Source of the DNA: a virus
Lineage: Duplodnaviria; Caudoviricetes
Strand: one strand, 5' to 3'
DNA length: 46,052 bases
IMG/VR virus record: IMGVR_UViG_3300017780_008441
Coordinates: 1-46,052 of that record
Part shown: positions 27,665-37,463 of the stretch, in pieces
Layout: each line of letters starts with the position of its first letter
Numbering within the stretch: position 1 is the first letter of the stretch
Position numbers and translations under genes: made by a program
The notes under the pieces: model-generated
The model's input: only the letters and a program-made list of their open reading frames with translations
Database searches by the model: none
Told to the model about the DNA's origin: nothing

Positions 27665-28327
27665 TTATTTAATGCTGTTGATGAATTTAATGAACTGTTC
27701 ACGCAAGAAAACATCCATATCTTTTTTTGGCAATGTTTTAATGCTTTTTTCAAAACGATCATAACTTTCTTCAAAGGTACCATCAGCTGCTAAAACCCAC
27801 TGTTTGCTTTCCAAAATACCATTGACAAATGCTTTGGAGAAGCTGGGATCAGCAACACAGTCAATGGCTACCAATCGCATTTCTTTGACTTTGGAGTAGC
27901 CACTTTCTTCAACCAATTGACCCAATGCACGGGAGCTCATGCCAACTTTGACACCATCATTGACAAGAGAACGAACAATGAGACCACATGGTGTAGTAAG
28001 AATTTTGGATTTACCATAAAATACATTGCCATCTTGCCACATCTCTGTTACCAAATGACATGCTCTTTCCAAATTGACATCAGCTGTAGCAGGATGATTG
28101 AGCTCACCCATGGCGCGACGTTCTACAATCATTTCCTGCTTGTATCTGCCCACTTCACGTTCCATTTCATGCAAAGGATAAAAGCGCTTGTTTCTGTTGA
28201 CACCTTCTGCCATCATGTATGGACCTCTGATGAACATTGAACCAGGAGAATTGCGATCCTTTTCTTCGTAAATGATATCATATTCTTCAGTCGGAGCTGG
28301 AGTTTCAACTAGTAGTTTATAAGGCAT
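27665..28327 (-). CDS. gp21: Prohead protease
   Basis: NRNKRFYP, AMGELNHP, KILTTPCG, GMSSRALG, DCVADPS, AFVNGILE; start MPYKLL behind TATAAATA at 28333-28340. Confidence 0.95.
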   Translation of the reverse strand: MPYKLLVETPAPTEEYDIIYEEKDRNSPGSMFIRGPYMMAEGVNRNKRFYPLHEMEREVGRYKQEMIVERRAMGELNHPATADVNLERACHLVTEMWQDGNVFYGKSKILTTPCGLIVRSLVNDGVKVGMSSRALGQLVEESGYSKVKEMRLVAIDCVADPSFSKAFVNGILESKQWVLAADGTFEESYDRFEKSIKTLPKKDMDVFLREQFIKFINSIK

Positions 28328-28394
28328 GCTTTTATTTATATGTTTACTGGATATAAATCTATGACTACTATTATAGTTTATTGAATTTGTATTG

Positions 28395-29570
28395 TCATCC
28401 AACAAAGAACATAATGGGATCAGCATCACCCATGCCAGGAGAAGCACCAGTCAACATCATCTGCTCCAGTTTATCTTTCTCGGTTAAACCTTGCGTTACA
28501 ATGTCTGATGAGAAAACTTGACCACCAAACAATGGCAATGAACCATACTTGCCACGAACATAACCAACAGAAATCTTGGTGAGTGCCAATGCATATTGAT
28601 ACACCCATGGCTCTTTGACAACATCTCTCAGTGGTCTCTCAACCCAGCAAGGCAAACATCCATAGAAACTAGAACTGTTGGTAGGTTGTGGATACATGCG
28701 CAGCACTTGAGTTCTTTCGTCAAATTCAAATGCACGTTTGAGTGCCAACATTTTCTCTCTGGTATCCAACCACGTTTTGAGGGTGTACCATGATACCAGG
28801 TCAAACCCATAGTTGCCCATGGCATATGAGAAGTATGTTTGTTGTGCCAATGTTTGTTCAATGGTAAACAATGTATTGATGCCAGTGGATTCACCTTCTT
28901 CAAAATCAGTGATGGCAATGACTTTGCGATAATCCATGGTATCATAATCAAACATGTTGTTGTATATATCAACATATTGAGCATTGCTGCCTTGAATTGT
29001 AAGTGATCTCTCATTAACAGATGGCAAAAAGCGACCAGCAAAGTTGTAGCCAGATACAGATGGACTGGTCAACAAAGCTGCACTCAATTGATTGTAAGTG
29101 CTGGTGTCAAGGATTTCATTGTATTGAATGCCAGCTGCTGATGCTAAAGTTGCACTCAATGCAGACAAAGAAGAAAATACAGATGCTTCTACTGCACTTA
29201 CACAAACATATACAACAGGCATTGCTGAGATGTAAGATGATGTAGAACGAGATGGAGTTTTGTGTGCAAGTCTGTTGGCAAGTGTATCACTTGCCTTGAT
29301 GGTAAACAAGTGATCAATTCTGATGCCTTGATCTTGTGTATACAATGAAGAATCAAATACCAAATATTCTTTGGTGTATCCTGCATACTTGGTAAAAAAC
29401 TCACATGCAATGGCAATGTTTTCAAACAACTGGTCTTGATGCACTTCAATGGTAACAATGGGTGCACCCATGCTGCGTACAATTCTGTCTGCAAGACGAT
29501 TGAATGAATCAATCTTGTTGTTTAAGTTGGTGCTTTGAAAAGCTGAGACTGGTAAAATAGAGCAAGCCAT
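28395..29570 (-). CDS. gp13: Neck (head-tail adaptor) protein, T4 gp13-like, with a Ser/Ala-rich insertion
   Basis: RSMGAPIVTIEV, WVYQYALALTK...RGKY, PLFGG, C-terminal PIMFFVG. Confidence 0.85.
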   Translation of the reverse strand: MACSILPVSAFQSTNLNNKIDSFNRLADRIVRSMGAPIVTIEVHQDQLFENIAIACEFFTKYAGYTKEYLVFDSSLYTQDQGIRIDHLFTIKASDTLANRLAHKTPSRSTSSYISAMPVVYVCVSAVEASVFSSLSALSATLASAAGIQYNEILDTSTYNQLSAALLTSPSVSGYNFAGRFLPSVNERSLTIQGSNAQYVDIYNNMFDYDTMDYRKVIAITDFEEGESTGINTLFTIEQTLAQQTYFSYAMGNYGFDLVSWYTLKTWLDTREKMLALKRAFEFDERTQVLRMYPQPTNSSSFYGCLPCWVERPLRDVVKEPWVYQYALALTKISVGYVRGKYGSLPLFGGQVFSSDIVTQGLTEKDKLEQMMLTGASPGMGDADPIMFFVG

Positions 29571-29585
29571 ATAGCCTTATTTAGG

Positions 29586-31400
29586 CTATGCTGCTGGGGT
29601 TGCTGCTGGGGCTGGTGCAGGTGGTGCACCTTCTGGAGCTGGTGCAGGAGCACCAGCTGTTGCAGGCGATGCAGCTGCTCCACCAAAATCAGGTGGCAAG
29701 CCAGATATGCCTGGTGCACCAGGTGGAATGCCCAGTGAAGCTGCAGCACCAGCAGCACCTGCAGCATCTTCTGATTCTGAAGAAGCATTTTGAGCCTGTG
29801 TCTGAGCTGCTTTCCACCCTGGACCAGCTGATTCAATCTGCGCCAATTCCCATGCAAACTCTTTGTCTTTGCGCAAGAACTCTCTGTTGGCTTTGATTTC
29901 AATGTCATTCCAACCCAGCAATCTCTTTTGCATGTATGTTGGTGAGATGGTTGGATTTTGTCCTAGGCTGTTGAAATTATTCACTTTGAGTTCTAGCTTT
30001 TGTGATTCTCGCAACTCATAGAAGTTGCTTGGAGGATTCATCTTGATGATGAGATTGTATTCCTTCAAGTGCAGACGCTTCCACATCTTTTTGAGCTGCA
30101 AATGTGTGATGAAACCTTTCTTGAGACCAGCTGCAAACAATTGCTGCGTTCTCATGATGAAGCGAGCAAACTTGAGCTCTTCTCTCAAGATGTTGGCATC
30201 ACCTTGAAATGTGGATGCAGGATCCAACCTGTTGACTGGCACTTTGAGTGCTTCATACAATTTCTTGACAAAGTACATCAAGTCAGTCAGCTCACCAAGA
30301 TTAGCACCACCAGCCAATTGTGTTACACTGGTGCCTTCTGAACCTGTGCGTTTTGGAAACCAGAAGCTGTCCAACATGCTTTGTGGATTGAACTTTTGTA
30401 CAATGCTGTTTTGGTTGGGATCAAAAGTCTTGCTGTTCCAATACTGCTGCATCAACTTGCGCAAGTATGCTTCAGCTTTGGGTGGCGGCATGTTGCCTAC
30501 ATCCACATTGAACACAAGTTTCTCTGGTGCACGCACCATGCGATAAATCAAGATGCTGTCTTCTACCAGAGACAACTGTCTGTAAGCTCGGCGTGCATTT
30601 TCAATGAAAGGAAGTCTTGCAGTCTTTTGTTCATTCCAGATGCCAGAATTGACATACATGACTTGATTCTCTTGCATTGGCACAAGCTCTTCATCCATTT
30701 TTTTGCGACTGCTTTTGTCTTCAAAAATGGGCTTGCGATACAAGAAGCCTTTGATCATCATGTTTTGAATGTTGTTGTAAACAGGATCCATCAATTCAGA
30801 TGGAACGCGAACAATGCCCAGAATGCCTTCTTCTACATGATCTTTGTGAATAATGTGCTCAAAAAATAATTCTGATTCAATGAGCAAGTCTCTAAAATAA
30901 GACCATCCTCTGTGCTCCAAATCAAAGTATTGACAATACTTGCTGAACTCTTTTTCAATTTCTTGACGATCAACTGGAGTCAAATCAATGTCCTTGAAGT
31001 CAATGGTGCATACTCTGCCTTCCAAATCAGGATTGATGATTTCATCACAAACTTCATCCAGTGCATTGGATACTTCAGCAAAAGCAGCCATGATGCGGTA
31101 GTCAGAAAGACGCGGACCTTTGTCTGGCTGAATGTTGGCATACATGTAATCACTGAAGCCAACGTTGCGAATTTCACCAATGCTCTGTTTGTTGAACTCT
31201 GTATCTTGCGTGATGGAGTTGCGTGCCAGTGCTTCTGGTCTGCGAACGCCAATCTCATCAAATACTTCATATTTGGGATTTCTTCTTGCAGTTACATCCA
31301 AAACGTTGAAGCCAGAGTATGGCAGTTTAGACGCAATGTATGTCATCAAAGACCTACCAAAGGTAGATTGATTTGGAGGTTGGCTGCTGTATTTGTCCAT
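29586..31400 (-). CDS. gp20: Portal protein
   Basis: YRIMA..AEVSNAL, QLSLVEDSILIYRMVRAPEKLVFNVDVGNMP, SMLDSFWFPKR, GGANLGE, YFVKKLYEALKVP, REELKFARF; P/A/G-rich tail. Confidence 0.96.
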   Translation of the reverse strand: MDKYSSQPPNQSTFGRSLMTYIASKLPYSGFNVLDVTARRNPKYEVFDEIGVRRPEALARNSITQDTEFNKQSIGEIRNVGFSDYMYANIQPDKGPRLSDYRIMAAFAEVSNALDEVCDEIINPDLEGRVCTIDFKDIDLTPVDRQEIEKEFSKYCQYFDLEHRGWSYFRDLLIESELFFEHIIHKDHVEEGILGIVRVPSELMDPVYNNIQNMMIKGFLYRKPIFEDKSSRKKMDEELVPMQENQVMYVNSGIWNEQKTARLPFIENARRAYRQLSLVEDSILIYRMVRAPEKLVFNVDVGNMPPPKAEAYLRKLMQQYWNSKTFDPNQNSIVQKFNPQSMLDSFWFPKRTGSEGTSVTQLAGGANLGELTDLMYFVKKLYEALKVPVNRLDPASTFQGDANILREELKFARFIMRTQQLFAAGLKKGFITHLQLKKMWKRLHLKEYNLIIKMNPPSNFYELRESQKLELKVNNFNSLGQNPTISPTYMQKRLLGWNDIEIKANREFLRKDKEFAWELAQIESAGPGWKAAQTQAQNASSESEDAAGAAGAAASLGIPPGAPGISGLPPDFGGAAASPATAGAPAPAPEGAPPAPAPAATPAA

Positions 31401-31436
31401 TTACAATGTATTTAGTACCATTTGTGGCTTAAGCCA

Positions 31437-32630
31437 TTATGGAATTGTTAAAACAGTTTGATAAGCATCATATGTTGATGCCCAACCTGCGCTGTTGGTG
31501 AATACAAAAGTATAGTTGCCAGATGGCAAGTTGTTGGGCAGATTGACTGTTGCAACATTCTTGGACTGCACACTGTACAAATTGGTTGGCAAAATGTATC
31601 CTGTGATGGTAGGATAATAATCAAATGCTAAAGTTGATGCTGTATATCCAGATGGCACGCTGCTGCTGAGCAACACATTGAGTGTGTACTGAAAATTCTG
31701 ACCAATGATGGTAAAGTCCCTTGCAGAATTGGTGTTGTTGAGAGTCAAGTTGTTGAGCAATGGAACACCAATGAGTGTTGGTGATGCAGTTGTAATGGGT
31801 GTCAATGAGTTGGTGGGCACTTGCGTGTGGCCAAAAATATCTGTAATCTTTGGAGCAGCAGAAATGCTTATGACATCTGTAAAATATCCACCACTGGTAG
31901 CTTGCTTGATGGTAGTATAATCATCATAGTTGGTGTATTTGAGTTCATTGGGTCCACCAGCCAACAATCTGGTGTTGGTAAAGTTGGCATCAATGAAATA
32001 AATGTTGCTGATGGGCGGATTATCAGCAGCAGGAAACAGCCATCCTTTGATGATGAAGCCTGTGTCTGCTACAACTCTGTATTTGTCAGTGGGTGATAAA
32101 TCGCCAGGGTAGGTGAGAGTGACGCTGTTGTTCCATTCCACCTCAGAACGAATTTCATATACATTGGCCAAGTTGAATTCTTCTGGCACCTGCCAAACCA
32201 AAATGATGTAAGGGTTGGCATATGGAATAAAGTTGGATACAATTTGCTCCAAGTCAGTTTGATACTTGGCAATGATGGACAAGTTGACTGATATATTGAC
32301 AGGCACTGGCATGGGCAGCTGCTTGGTGAGTTTTGACTGTTTGGATGTAGCATTGTCAGGATAATAAAATCCATCCAGTTTATTAAACACTCTGTTGGCA
32401 TCTCTAGAGATGCTGTTGATGCTGATGGCAACAGCTGGCAGTGTCAGACTTTTGTCTTTGTTGACAATGTCATACAATACACGCTGTTTAGGTGCATATA
32501 CATATCTTACTTCAATTTGCTCTTGTGGCTCCCTTTGTCCATTGAAACGTTTAATTACGCATTCGTCAAATGCTGCAACGAACTGCGTAATTAAATCTTC
32601 TATCTCAAAGTGAAATGTTTGTTTCTTCAC
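31437..32630 (-). CDS. gp15: Tail completion/sheath stabilizer, T4 gp15-like, with a C-terminal extension
   Basis: VRYVYAPKQR, TLPAVAI, PVPVNI, QIVSNFIPYANP, FIIKGWLF; GTG start. Confidence 0.85.
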   Translation of the reverse strand: MKKQTFHFEIEDLITQFVAAFDECVIKRFNGQREPQEQIEVRYVYAPKQRVLYDIVNKDKSLTLPAVAISINSISRDANRVFNKLDGFYYPDNATSKQSKLTKQLPMPVPVNISVNLSIIAKYQTDLEQIVSNFIPYANPYIILVWQVPEEFNLANVYEIRSEVEWNNSVTLTYPGDLSPTDKYRVVADTGFIIKGWLFPAADNPPISNIYFIDANFTNTRLLAGGPNELKYTNYDDYTTIKQATSGGYFTDVISISAAPKITDIFGHTQVPTNSLTPITTASPTLIGVPLLNNLTLNNTNSARDFTIIGQNFQYTLNVLLSSSVPSGYTASTLAFDYYPTITGYILPTNLYSVQSKNVATVNLPNNLPSGNYTFVFTNSAGWASTYDAYQTVLTIP

Positions 32631-32638
32631 TTGTGTAT

Positions 32639-33877
32639 TTAGGCCAGCAAAGCAGAAACTGGCTTGCCTTTGTCAGCAAGTTTGAATGGTCTGCCTTGTG
32701 GCGAAATGACTACATCATCTACAGGCAATGCTGCAGCAGCTGCAATGGTAGCATTGAAGTCTGCAGGTGAAACAATGTTCTCTGATGCTTTCATGCCTTT
32801 GTCATCAGACTTGCCATATGCTTGACCACCCTTGATGCCAGCACCAATGAGTACACCACAAAATGCTCCAGGATGATGGTCACGTCCATCATTGATGTTG
32901 ATGTCAGGAGTACGACCAAAGTCAGTGGCAATGACAATGAGAGTCTTGTTGAGCAATCCACTGGACTGCAGATCATTGATGAGTGCATTCAATGCTTGAT
33001 CCAAAATGGTCAATTTGGTTTCAAGAGATTCAAAGTTGTTGACATGTGTATCCCAACCACCATCAGACACTTCAATGAATTTGCATGCACCTTTTTCAAT
33101 GAGACGTTTTGCTAAACAACAGCCCTGTCCAAATCTGTTGTTGCCATATTTTTCTCTGGCTGCTGCATCTTCTTTGGACAAATCAAATACATCCAATTCA
33201 TTGCTGTTGAGCAAACGAATGGTTTGATCATAAAACTCTGCATAGCTCTTTTGCAATGGGTTGATTATTTTGTTGGCATCTTTTTCAAGCTGATCAAGAA
33301 TAGATACACGCTTGGAAAATTCAGATGTATTTTTGAGCTTGGTATTATCCAATCCTTTGATGGGATCAGCAATGGGAATAGGAGAATACTTTTTAGGCAT
33401 CCAACCTGCACCAGGATGATCTGCTGCACCAGAAATCAAAACATTTTCTGGAATGACTTTTTCCTTGCCATTGTCAGTAAGCTTGCACATCCATGCTCCC
33501 AAGTTTGGATGCACAATGGTGCCAATTTTCTTGAATGATGTTCTTTGCATGTATTGTGCACCAGCATGGTCACCAGTAGTAACCATCATGCTGCGAACAA
33601 CTGCCATTTTGTCTCCATGCTTGGCAAGCTTGGGCAAGTGTTCAGAGATTTGATATCCTGCATTGGTAGTAATGGCATTGAATTTGCCTTTGACTTGAGC
33701 ATCAGTCTTGGGATCAAATGTATCCAAGTGACTCATGCCTCCATTCATAAACAAGTAGATGATGTGCTCTGCTTTGCTGGCTGTTGCAGGAGCAGCAGCA
33801 ATGTTGGGCAGAACAGTTACACCCAATCCTGCAGAAGCAAGGTTGAGCACAAAGTTGCGGCGTGTTAATGTATGCAT
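32639..33877 (-). CDS. DUF1501 family protein with a Tat signal peptide
   Basis: TRRNFV signal, IYLFMNGGMSHLDTFDPK, ISEHLPKLA, YGNNRFGQGCCLAKRLIE, GWDTH, TDFGRTP, GRDHHP, GAGIKGG. Confidence 0.92.
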   Translation of the reverse strand: MHTLTRRNFVLNLASAGLGVTVLPNIAAAPATASKAEHIIYLFMNGGMSHLDTFDPKTDAQVKGKFNAITTNAGYQISEHLPKLAKHGDKMAVVRSMMVTTGDHAGAQYMQRTSFKKIGTIVHPNLGAWMCKLTDNGKEKVIPENVLISGAADHPGAGWMPKKYSPIPIADPIKGLDNTKLKNTSEFSKRVSILDQLEKDANKIINPLQKSYAEFYDQTIRLLNSNELDVFDLSKEDAAAREKYGNNRFGQGCCLAKRLIEKGACKFIEVSDGGWDTHVNNFESLETKLTILDQALNALINDLQSSGLLNKTLIVIATDFGRTPDININDGRDHHPGAFCGVLIGAGIKGGQAYGKSDDKGMKASENIVSPADFNATIAAAAALPVDDVVISPQGRPFKLADKGKPVSALLA

Positions 33878-33881
33878 ATTG

Positions 33882-35660
33882 TTATTTATTAAATTTAAAT
33901 TCTGAACTGTTGACCAATGCCCAGATGATGTCATCATCTTGACAGCCTGTGAAGTTTGCCTTTTCAGCTATGCTGGGCTTGCGTGACAAAACTGATTTGA
34001 AAATTATGTCAATGGTTTCATTTGGCGATTTGCCAGCAACGTTTTTTGCCAATTGTGTATCTTTGTTGACTGCTATGTCTGCAAGCTGTCCATTCATGAA
34101 AGATATAACTTGTGTCACGCTGCCTTCTTGGCTGCTGGAATCAATGAGCTCTCTGTCTCCTCTGCCCAGTTGCTCCAAAATGGTGTTGACATTGCTGGCA
34201 TCATTGACTTCTGATGCACGTATTAAAGCATAGTTTTTGTATTTTGGTGCTGCATCATACTTGCTCTTGATTGTCTTTTGGTAATCATCATACTTGGTGC
34301 GAATGGTGTCCAAAGTTACATCAGCAGGCTGCACTTGCATGATGCCAGCATATGCATCATGAAATGTTAGTTTGAAGCTTTCTGGAGATGCAACAGCAAT
34401 TGCAATGACTGAATCCCAAATCTGCTCTGCACTCAATCTGTGTTTCACTGGACCAATGAATACAAACTTGGATGAATCAGCATTTGCACCATCATACAAT
34501 TGTCTTTGAAACAATTTGGTGTTGTACAATGCATACAAAAATTGTTTGCTGTCATAATTCACTTTGATCATGACATCAGCCAACACATTCAACAACTCAC
34601 TGTCCAACATTGCACTGTCATGAATGTTGTCATACTCATCAATGATGCATTTGCCAAACACCCATTTCCAATATCTGTTGACAATGTTTTTGGTGAATGT
34701 TGGATGCTGTGAATTTACCATCCATGCAACTGCATCTTTGCGCATGTCATCTTTGTTTTTGATTTGTGTTTTGCCGCTCAATACAATGGGCTCAACTGCA
34801 TCATAAGGCTTTGCATCTTTGTACTGATAGTCATGTGGCAATTTGAGTTGCTTGTTGGGCTCAATGGTTAAATCAGAACGCATGGCTCTGACGAAATTGT
34901 TGACTTGATTGTTGAGACCTCTGTTCTTCACAGGATCAGCTTTGATGAGTTCATCCACTTGTTGTCTCAGCATCTTTGATTTCTCATTGAATTCTTTGTT
35001 GTCTCTGCTGCGCAACTCCACTTGATTGAACAATGCAGCCATTCCATAAAATTGTTTTTGTGTAAAATCTTGAAATGGATCATCATGACACTGTGCGCAT
35101 CCAATATCAGTGCCCAAAAATACTTTGCTGGTGGCAATGAGATTGTCCATGGGCATTCCCAAGTCTCTGTAATAATAACCTACAGCAGGATTGGCAAAGT
35201 AGTTGCCACTGGACAACAGCAAATTAGAAACAAACTCATTGTATGGCTTGTTGGCTGCAATTTGATCCTTGATGTAATCAACATAAAGTGCCCCATGAAA
35301 ATTATTGACTTGATTGAGCTTGTCTCTGAGTCTCAATGACTCTGCCCAAAAATTGAACATGTGTGAAATGTGTCCAGGATGCTTGGTCAAATACAGAATA
35401 AGACTGCTGCGTTTGTTGGCATCAGCAACTTTGTTGAACATTTGATGCTCTTCATATGTTGGATTGCGACCAATGATGCTGAGATATGCTCTGCGTACAA
35501 ATGCATCATCATCTATTCTTGCATTGGGAGTTACTTGCAGCTGTGCATATTGTTTTTGTAAGACAGCATCAATGCTGTTGCTGAATTGGTTGAGTTGCTC
35601 AACTGTTGATCCAAAAGCAAATGAGCATACGCACAACAACATGGTGATAAATTTTTTCAT
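33882..35660 (-). CDS. DUF1549/DUF1553 (PSCyt2/PSD1) protein with a Sec signal and CxxCH
   Basis: MKKFITMLLCVCSFAFG signal; DDAFVRRAYLSIIGRNPT; FLGTDIGCAQCHDDPF; FTKNIVNRYWKWVFG; RLSAEQIWDS; DIIWALVNSSEF; TATAAATA at 35669-35676. Confidence 0.92.
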   Translation of the reverse strand: MKKFITMLLCVCSFAFGSTVEQLNQFSNSIDAVLQKQYAQLQVTPNARIDDDAFVRRAYLSIIGRNPTYEEHQMFNKVADANKRSSLILYLTKHPGHISHMFNFWAESLRLRDKLNQVNNFHGALYVDYIKDQIAANKPYNEFVSNLLLSSGNYFANPAVGYYYRDLGMPMDNLIATSKVFLGTDIGCAQCHDDPFQDFTQKQFYGMAALFNQVELRSRDNKEFNEKSKMLRQQVDELIKADPVKNRGLNNQVNNFVRAMRSDLTIEPNKQLKLPHDYQYKDAKPYDAVEPIVLSGKTQIKNKDDMRKDAVAWMVNSQHPTFTKNIVNRYWKWVFGKCIIDEYDNIHDSAMLDSELLNVLADVMIKVNYDSKQFLYALYNTKLFQRQLYDGANADSSKFVFIGPVKHRLSAEQIWDSVIAIAVASPESFKLTFHDAYAGIMQVQPADVTLDTIRTKYDDYQKTIKSKYDAAPKYKNYALIRASEVNDASNVNTILEQLGRGDRELIDSSSQEGSVTQVISFMNGQLADIAVNKDTQLAKNVAGKSPNETIDIIFKSVLSRKPSIAEKANFTGCQDDDIIWALVNSSEFKFNK

Positions 35661-35772
35661 ATCTTGTGTATTTATAATATACAGCAATTTATACCAGTGC
35701 GCCCCCTTTTTTAAATTTCAAAGAACTACTATACAATACGCTATTTAATGACCAATGCAACTAAATACAATT

Positions 35773-36129
35773 ATGAGCAAAGATTGTGATAACATTTTTT
35801 TATTGTATGAGCAAACAAAGCAACAAAGTGCATTTGCTGAATTTGCAGAAAAGCGCGGAGCAGGAGCTGCAAAGATTGCCAAGAATGCAAAAGAAAAAGG
35901 TGGTGTAGCAATGTTGACATATCATCATTTCAATGTCAAGAAGCCACATTATGACAAAGCTGCAGCTGGCAAATTTAATGTTGATGATGCAAAGAAAGAA
36001 CTCAAAAAGCTGACCAAGCATCTTGATGATGCTGTGGATGGCAAAGTAAAATTTGAGCAAATTGACTTTCAGAAAAAAGTTGGGCTCATTGAAGTATTGG
36101 GTGAGTTGCTTATAAAACTACAAGCCTAA
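35773..36129 (+). CDS. Hypothetical late protein
   Basis: Likely start MSKDCDNIFLLYEQ behind TAAATA at 35762-35767. Confidence 0.75.
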   Translation: MSKDCDNIFLLYEQTKQQSAFAEFAEKRGAGAAKIAKNAKEKGGVAMLTYHHFNVKKPHYDKAAAGKFNVDDAKKELKKLTKHLDDAVDGKVKFEQIDFQKKVGLIEVLGELLIKLQA

Positions 36130-36144
36130 CAAGGCAGCTGTGTC

Positions 36145-36585
36145 ATGGTCAAGATATTAATTTGTGGGCGCAGTGGCAGTGGCAAAAGCTTTCTTGCAAA
36201 TTACTTGAAACAGTCTTTTGAGTTTGTGCATTTCAATGGTGATGCAGTCAGAGCATCAACTGGCAACAAAGACTTTACCATGCATGGACGAATTCAACAA
36301 GCACAAGTGATGCATCAGTTGGCTGCAAATTGCAACAGCTGCATTGTTGTGTGTGATTTTATTTGTCCAACAAAACAATTGAGAAGCATCTTTGCGCCAG
36401 ACATCATAATTTATTGTGCACACAATGGCTCTGGAAAATATCAAGATACAGATTCATTGTTTCAACCAGTACAAACATCAGAAGCAGCAAATGTTTTTTT
36501 GTTTGAAAGAGGCAATGAAGAAGATTTAGTGTTAAAATTAATGCATGCCATTGCAAACAAATTAAGCCAACAACTATCTCACTAA
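36145..36585 (+). CDS. Adenylylsulfate-kinase (CysC)-like P-loop kinase
   Basis: GRSGSGKS, FNGDAVR, DFTMHGRIQQA, VVCDFICPT. Confidence 0.75.
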   Translation: MVKILICGRSGSGKSFLANYLKQSFEFVHFNGDAVRASTGNKDFTMHGRIQQAQVMHQLAANCNSCIVVCDFICPTKQLRSIFAPDIIIYCAHNGSGKYQDTDSLFQPVQTSEAANVFLFERGNEEDLVLKLMHAIANKLSQQLSH

Positions 36586-36613
36586 ACAAGTTACATAAAT
36601 ATAAATAAACAAT

Positions 36614-36940
36614 ATGCCACAACCACTTCCAAACAACAACGGTAGCACTTACTTCAACAGAAACATCTGTCGCTCGTTTAATCAACCACTTAGTACAAAT
36701 TTAGTTGCGCTATCTTCTCAAATTTGTGCAGAGTTAATCATTTACAACAAAACAGGTCAAGATGTGCAGGTGTTTGACAGCGACTATTTTAATAGCAGCA
36801 ATGCATTTGTATTGAGCAACAACGATAGTTTTGTGGTTAGAGGCATCACCAACAGTGCACAAGTGAGTGCTAAAACAACAACAGGCAGTGGTCTCATTTA
36901 CTACCGCACACAATATTTCTCAAGCAGCATTGCATTATAA
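36614..36940 (+). CDS. Hypothetical virion protein (beta-rich)
   Basis: 108 aa; TATAAATA at 36600-36607. Confidence 0.75.
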   Translation: MPQPLPNNNGSTYFNRNICRSFNQPLSTNLVALSSQICAELIIYNKTGQDVQVFDSDYFNSSNAFVLSNNDSFVVRGITNSAQVSAKTTTGSGLIYYRTQYFSSSIAL

Positions 36941-37332
36941 TGACTATTGGTGATTATGGATCTTATATTTCTACTGCAGGCTGCAGCATCGGCGGCTTTG
37001 GTGGCAGTGTAAATGGCGCTGGTGCTCCTACTTTAATCGACGCTGTATTTGCGTCAGGTGCTGGCACTGCAGAGGTAAATGGATTATATATACCTGACGG
37101 CACGACAGGAGGCAGGACGAGATACACTAATGCACTCACTGGAGTTTCATTTGCGTGGAATGGTGAAGAGTATCGAATCGGAGCTAGTGGTGGTATGGGT
37201 GATCTTTATTACGGTTCTGATAATATAGCTGGCGCGCCTAATAGTGATCCGTGGGATGGAATATATATAACTAATGGAGACGGCGCAGATCCACCTCCAA
37301 CTGTTCGCCAAGCAACAAGTGCTGACAGTTGA
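36940..37332 (+). CDS. Gly-rich hypothetical protein (possible fibre/decoration domain)
   Basis: 130 aa; SGAGTAEVNGLY segment; CpG-rich composition unlike its neighbours. Confidence 0.7.
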   Translation: MTIGDYGSYISTAGCSIGGFGGSVNGAGAPTLIDAVFASGAGTAEVNGLYIPDGTTGGRTRYTNALTGVSFAWNGEEYRIGASGGMGDLYYGSDNIAGAPNSDPWDGIYITNGDGADPPPTVRQATSADS

Positions 37333-37463
37333 TAAATCAATATCAGAATTTATTTGTTGTATAAGATTACTTCAAAGTTAATCCAGTAGCTTCACCTTCC
37401 TCACCCAAATAGCAGCTCTTAATTTCTGTTAGTGCAGAATGCAAGATGGGTCTGGTTATCTAC

